From the IMG/VR virus record IMGVR_UViG_3300009111_000004: a stretch of 50,111 bases of DNA, one strand, 5' to 3'. Origin of the DNA: an uncultured virus (IMG/VR IMGVR_UViG_3300009111_000004) (lineage: Duplodnaviria > Heunggongvirae > Uroviricota > Caudoviricetes). Made by a program: the position numbers and the translations under genes. This document shows, piece by piece, positions 47,382-50,111 of this stretch. The notes beneath the pieces are model-generated. The model was not told the origin of the DNA. It saw only the letters and a program-made list of their open reading frames with translations, and did not search any database. How positions within the stretch are numbered: the stretch's first letter is position 1; every line of letters starts with the position of its first letter.

Positions 47382-47459
47382 TTCGCTCCCTGACTCCTCT
47401 CCGAGTGGATCTCGGGAAGGCGACCAGAGAGGGGAGGGTTGGCCCTCCCCTTCATGTGG

Positions 47460-47657
47460 TTAGTAAATAACACACTCTTCATCATTCAAAGTGGTGTAAT
47501 CCAGATCGAGACAAACGATCTTTCTATCCGCTGTCATCCGGATGTAACCGATTTGAGTTACCCATCCGTTAAATTTGGCCATTGTGACCCCGATTTGAGT
47601 CTCTGGCGGGATTCCTTTCAATGCTTCGAGCAACTGTCCTACTGTCTGAAGTGCCAT
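47460..47657 (-). CDS. hypothetical protein
   Basis: TVGQLLEALK motif. Confidence 0.75.
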   Translation of the reverse strand: MALQTVGQLLEALKGIPPETQIGVTMAKFNGWVTQIGYIRMTADRKIVCLDLDYTTLNDEECVIY

Positions 47658-47665
47658 TGTTTAAT

Positions 47666-47902
47666 TCACTCCTCCACTGTTTCGATGGCGTGCTCGAAGA
47701 TGGAGAGCATCGTCTTGGCTCTGCGCTCCACCTGTGTGATTTTCTTTTCCCGATCGTCAATAGAAAGACCGATGTAGTTGCGGTTCACGTATGCCGCAGA
47801 GTCTGCTCTCTTCTCCCAGAACTCGTAGAAGGCATCGCGCAGGAGATCTCGAACGTTGCCTTCCTGGAGATCGCAATTGGAGAAATCCAAGATAATCTTC
47901 AT
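47666..47902 (-). CDS. hypothetical protein (cassette after R3)
   Basis: GGAGCGAAG + ATG MKIILD. Confidence 0.75.
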   Translation of the reverse strand: MKIILDFSNCDLQEGNVRDLLRDAFYEFWEKRADSAAYVNRNYIGLSIDDREKKITQVERRAKTMLSIFEHAIETVEE

Positions 47903-47983
47903 CTTCGCTCCCTGACTCCTCTCCGAGTGGATCTCGGGAAGGCGACCAGAGAGGGGAGGGTTGGCCCTCCCCACCAGGTTGCT

Positions 47984-48421
47984 TCAGATCACCCGTTCGA
48001 TCAGGACTTCCCCATCGAGGACCTTGATGGTGCCCACCTCGTTGCGGGAGGCCAGGGCACTGCAGAAATCCGGGCCATTGGGTCCGTCATTCCTGGGCAG
48101 GACGATCCTGACGTCCAGGTGACGATCGAAGCACTTGAGGGAGTCGACCAGATCTCCGACCGTGGGGTGAGCCGTGAGGACTTGGTCCGGGAGATCCTTG
48201 TTCTTCACCATCTCGAATGAGACCTTGATCTGGAACTCCTTGAAGTTGAGGATCATGTGGTCCCCTTTGTCGAGAACCGCGATTCCCACCGATCCAGGAA
48301 GATCCTTGAAGGGCGTTCCTACCGCCTTGAGGATCTCATGGGCATCCCCGCAGACCAGCTGGGTCTTCAGGCGATCGATCGCTGTCAGGTAGTTGATCAC
48401 CGCACCTGTCTTCTCGCTCAT
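47984..48421 (-). CDS. hypothetical protein (cassette after R4)
   Basis: GGAGG + ATG MSEKTG; TVGDLVDSLK. Confidence 0.8.
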   Translation of the reverse strand: MSEKTGAVINYLTAIDRLKTQLVCGDAHEILKAVGTPFKDLPGSVGIAVLDKGDHMILNFKEFQIKVSFEMVKNKDLPDQVLTAHPTVGDLVDSLKCFDRHLDVRIVLPRNDGPNGPDFCSALASRNEVGTIKVLDGEVLIERVI

Positions 48422-48534
48422 TTTCTCACCTCCAACCCCGGTCCGAGGAGATCTCAGGCCGGTGAGCAGAGGATCGAAAAACAACAGGGGGTGAGTGAGA
48501 AGATCACTCACCCCCTGTTGTTGCCGTGGCTGGA

Positions 48535-48846
48535 TCAGTTCGCCTGGTTGGGGGTGGTGGCCGCGTCCAGGTCTGCCTCGGACATCTCGGTCGCGGTCTC
48601 GGCGGACACGATCCGGAACCGGACCTCACCCAGGGGGAACCTGCCCGCTCCCTTGGCGCAGAGGTGGATCTTCTCGCCCTTGCCCATGACCCAGGTCACG
48701 GTCCGGGTGTTCGCCTCGCCCTCGATCTGGATCTTCTCCCCGGGCCGCCACTCCTTGGTCCCTGCGGCCAGCCCCACCCCGAGGGATCCGGTGTCGCGGT
48801 TGTTGGGGACGGTGAGGGTGAAACGGTTGGTCTGGTCGTCGCTCAT
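48535..48846 (-). CDS. hypothetical protein, duplicated at 49940..50111
   Basis: GAGG + MSDDQTNRF; GC3-rich. Confidence 0.8.
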   Translation of the reverse strand: MSDDQTNRFTLTVPNNRDTGSLGVGLAAGTKEWRPGEKIQIEGEANTRTVTWVMGKGEKIHLCAKGAGRFPLGEVRFRIVSAETATEMSEADLDAATTPNQAN

Positions 48847-48914
48847 GTCGTGCCTCGTTGTGCTGCGTGGTTGCCGTGGCGGACGATCCGCCCCGGTTGC
48901 TGCCCTGCGAGCCC

Positions 48915-48930
48915 TGCGAGCGCCGTGCCG
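48915..48930 (-). promoter_or_regulatory. sigma54-type motif
   Basis: CGGCACGGCGCTCGCA. Confidence 0.6.
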
Positions 48931-49032
48931 CGCGCCGCGCTTGACCATCTGTTGTTCCCTGACTCCTCCCCGAGTGGATCTCGGGAAGGCGACCAGAGAG
49001 GGGAGGTGCCGCGGCACCTCCCCGAAACCAAA

Positions 49033-49048
49033 TGCAAGCCGCAAGCCA
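49033..49048 (-). promoter_or_regulatory. sigma54-type motif upstream of R5
   Basis: TGGCTTGCGGCTTGCA. Confidence 0.65.
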
Positions 49049-49064
49049 AGGGGATTTGGTGAGA

Positions 49065-49367
49065 TCAGGACTCCAGCTTGTGCAGTTGCTCGGTCCACTT
49101 CTTCACCCACTTCTTGTGCAGTTGCTCGGTCCACTTCTTGGGGGAATGCCACGGACCCTTCTTCCACGTGTTCAGGAGCCGGGCCAGCTCAGAATAGGTG
49201 AACACCCAGGTCTCACCGGTGGCTCGCGAGGAGGAGAGATGGATGATCTGATCTCCCTTCTTGATCTTGGTGCCCATGGTGGTGATTATGGCCCTGGGCG
49301 CTGGGCACACCTGGATGCGCTTGATGGTCCCATTGGGACGCTTGAAATCCTTGACGGTGGTCTTCAT
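49065..49367 (-). CDS. basic hypothetical protein (cassette after R6) with 36-bp-period C-terminal duplication
   Basis: AAGGAGCGAAC + ATG MKTTVK; KKWTEQLHK x2. Confidence 0.8.
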   Translation of the reverse strand: MKTTVKDFKRPNGTIKRIQVCPAPRAIITTMGTKIKKGDQIIHLSSSRATGETWVFTYSELARLLNTWKKGPWHSPKKWTEQLHKKWVKKWTEQLHKLES

Positions 49368-49466
49368 GTTCGCTCCTTCGACTCCTCCCCGAGGGGATCT
49401 CAGGGAGGCGACAGAAAGACCGAAGGGGAGGGGGGTCACCCCATCCCCCCACCAGGTTGCTTCAGA

Positions 49467-49727
49467 TCAGCCCACCTTGGCGATGGTCCACCAGGTCTCT
49501 TTGATCCCCACCTTCTCCGTCATCTCCTGCGCGGTGTCCCATGCTCCGACATGACGAATGAACGGATCGGATTGGTCGTTGCTCATGATCTGCAGGCCGG
49601 TGATCTTCTGGAATGCCTCCTCGAAGGATGAGGCAGTGACCGTGCCGTCTGGGTTGAGATCAGGGATCGGCATGTCCTTGCGGACACACCCCACCCCATG
49701 GAAATCCTGGAACGCAAATCTGGACAT
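49467..49727 (-). CDS. hypothetical protein (cassette after R7)
   Basis: AAGGAGCGAAC + ATG MSRFAF. Confidence 0.8.
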   Translation of the reverse strand: MSRFAFQDFHGVGCVRKDMPIPDLNPDGTVTASSFEEAFQKITGLQIMSNDQSDPFIRHVGAWDTAQEMTEKVGIKETWWTIAKVG

Positions 49728-49939
49728 GTTCGCTCCTTCGACTCCTCCCCGAGGGGATCTCAGGGAGGCGACAGAAAGACCGAAGGGGGGATTCTCACCC
49801 CCCCCCACCAGGTTGTTTCAGATCACCCGCTCGATCAGGGCAAAGTCACCCCCCCCCTTGCTCCCCCTGAGTGGATCTCAGGGAGGCGAGCAAGGGGGGG
49901 AGGGGGTGACCCCCTCCCCTGTTCGGATCTGGCTTCGGA

Positions 49940-50111
49940 TCAGGAGGCGGTCGCGGTCTCGGCGGACACGATCCGGAACCGGACCTCACCCAGGGGGAAG
50001 GCGCCCGTTCCCTTGGCGCAGAGGTGGATCTTCTCGCCCTTGCCCATGACCCAGGTCACGGTCCGGGTGTTCGCCTCGCCCTCGATCTGGATCTTCTCCC
50101 CGGGCCGCCAC
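49940..50111 (-). CDS. 3' part of a near-identical copy of 48535..48846 (runs off window)
   Basis: 49948-50111 nearly identical to 48588-48751; ends IVSAETATAS*. Confidence 0.8.
   Translation of the reverse strand, partial: WRPGEKIQIEGEANTRTVTWVMGKGEKIHLCAKGTGAFPLGEVRFRIVSAETATAS

Larger units (their letters stand above)
46981..49920 (-). repeat. array of eight ~60-90 bp intergenic hairpin leader repeats (R1-R8)
   Basis: core ctcc..ccgagNNgatctcNgg at about 46981, 47383, 47904, 48432 (divergent), 48956, 49369, 49729 and 49858. Confidence 0.9.

Noticed and set aside
46981..49920. CRISPR or canonical attC array
   Set aside because: Spacers are whole genes of variable size; no consistent RYYYAAC/GTTRRRY ends, and no cas or integrase gene in the window.
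46947..50049. long plus-strand ORFs and N-terminal extensions through the repeats
   Set aside because: Shadow ORFs of GC-rich minus-strand genes; true starts follow the SD at each repeat end.

Overview
Accessory region of a large (jumbo-like) bacteriophage or phage-plasmid. It is densely packed with small, mostly minus-strand ORFs and has no recognisable structural or replication genes. Recognisable content: four tRNAs without encoded CCA (fMet, an aberrant 101-nt Ile-UAU, Leu-CAA, Leu-UAA), a tmRNA, an RNA-repair set (P-loop kinase, cyclic-phosphate receiver-like protein, RlaP-type nucleotidyltransferase, CCA-adding enzyme, DRB0094-type RNA ligase), an NlpC/P60 hydrolase and two HNH proteins. 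Unexplained structure: (1) about 45 highly diverged paralogs of one ~70-110 aa 'GQIW...GDKF' SH3-like domain, including broken copies; (2) about 18 sigma54-type (-24/-12) promoter motifs heading the gene blocks, plus a perfect parS palindrome inside an inverted repeat, together suggesting a myxobacterial/deltaproteobacterial host (inference); (3) several unannotated structured non-coding tracts, including a three-copy pseudoknot module with compensatory changes; (4) a GC-rich terminal array in which genes are separated by a conserved hairpin leader repeat, with duplicated and emptied cassettes. All family assignments come from motif recognition by eye, not database searches.
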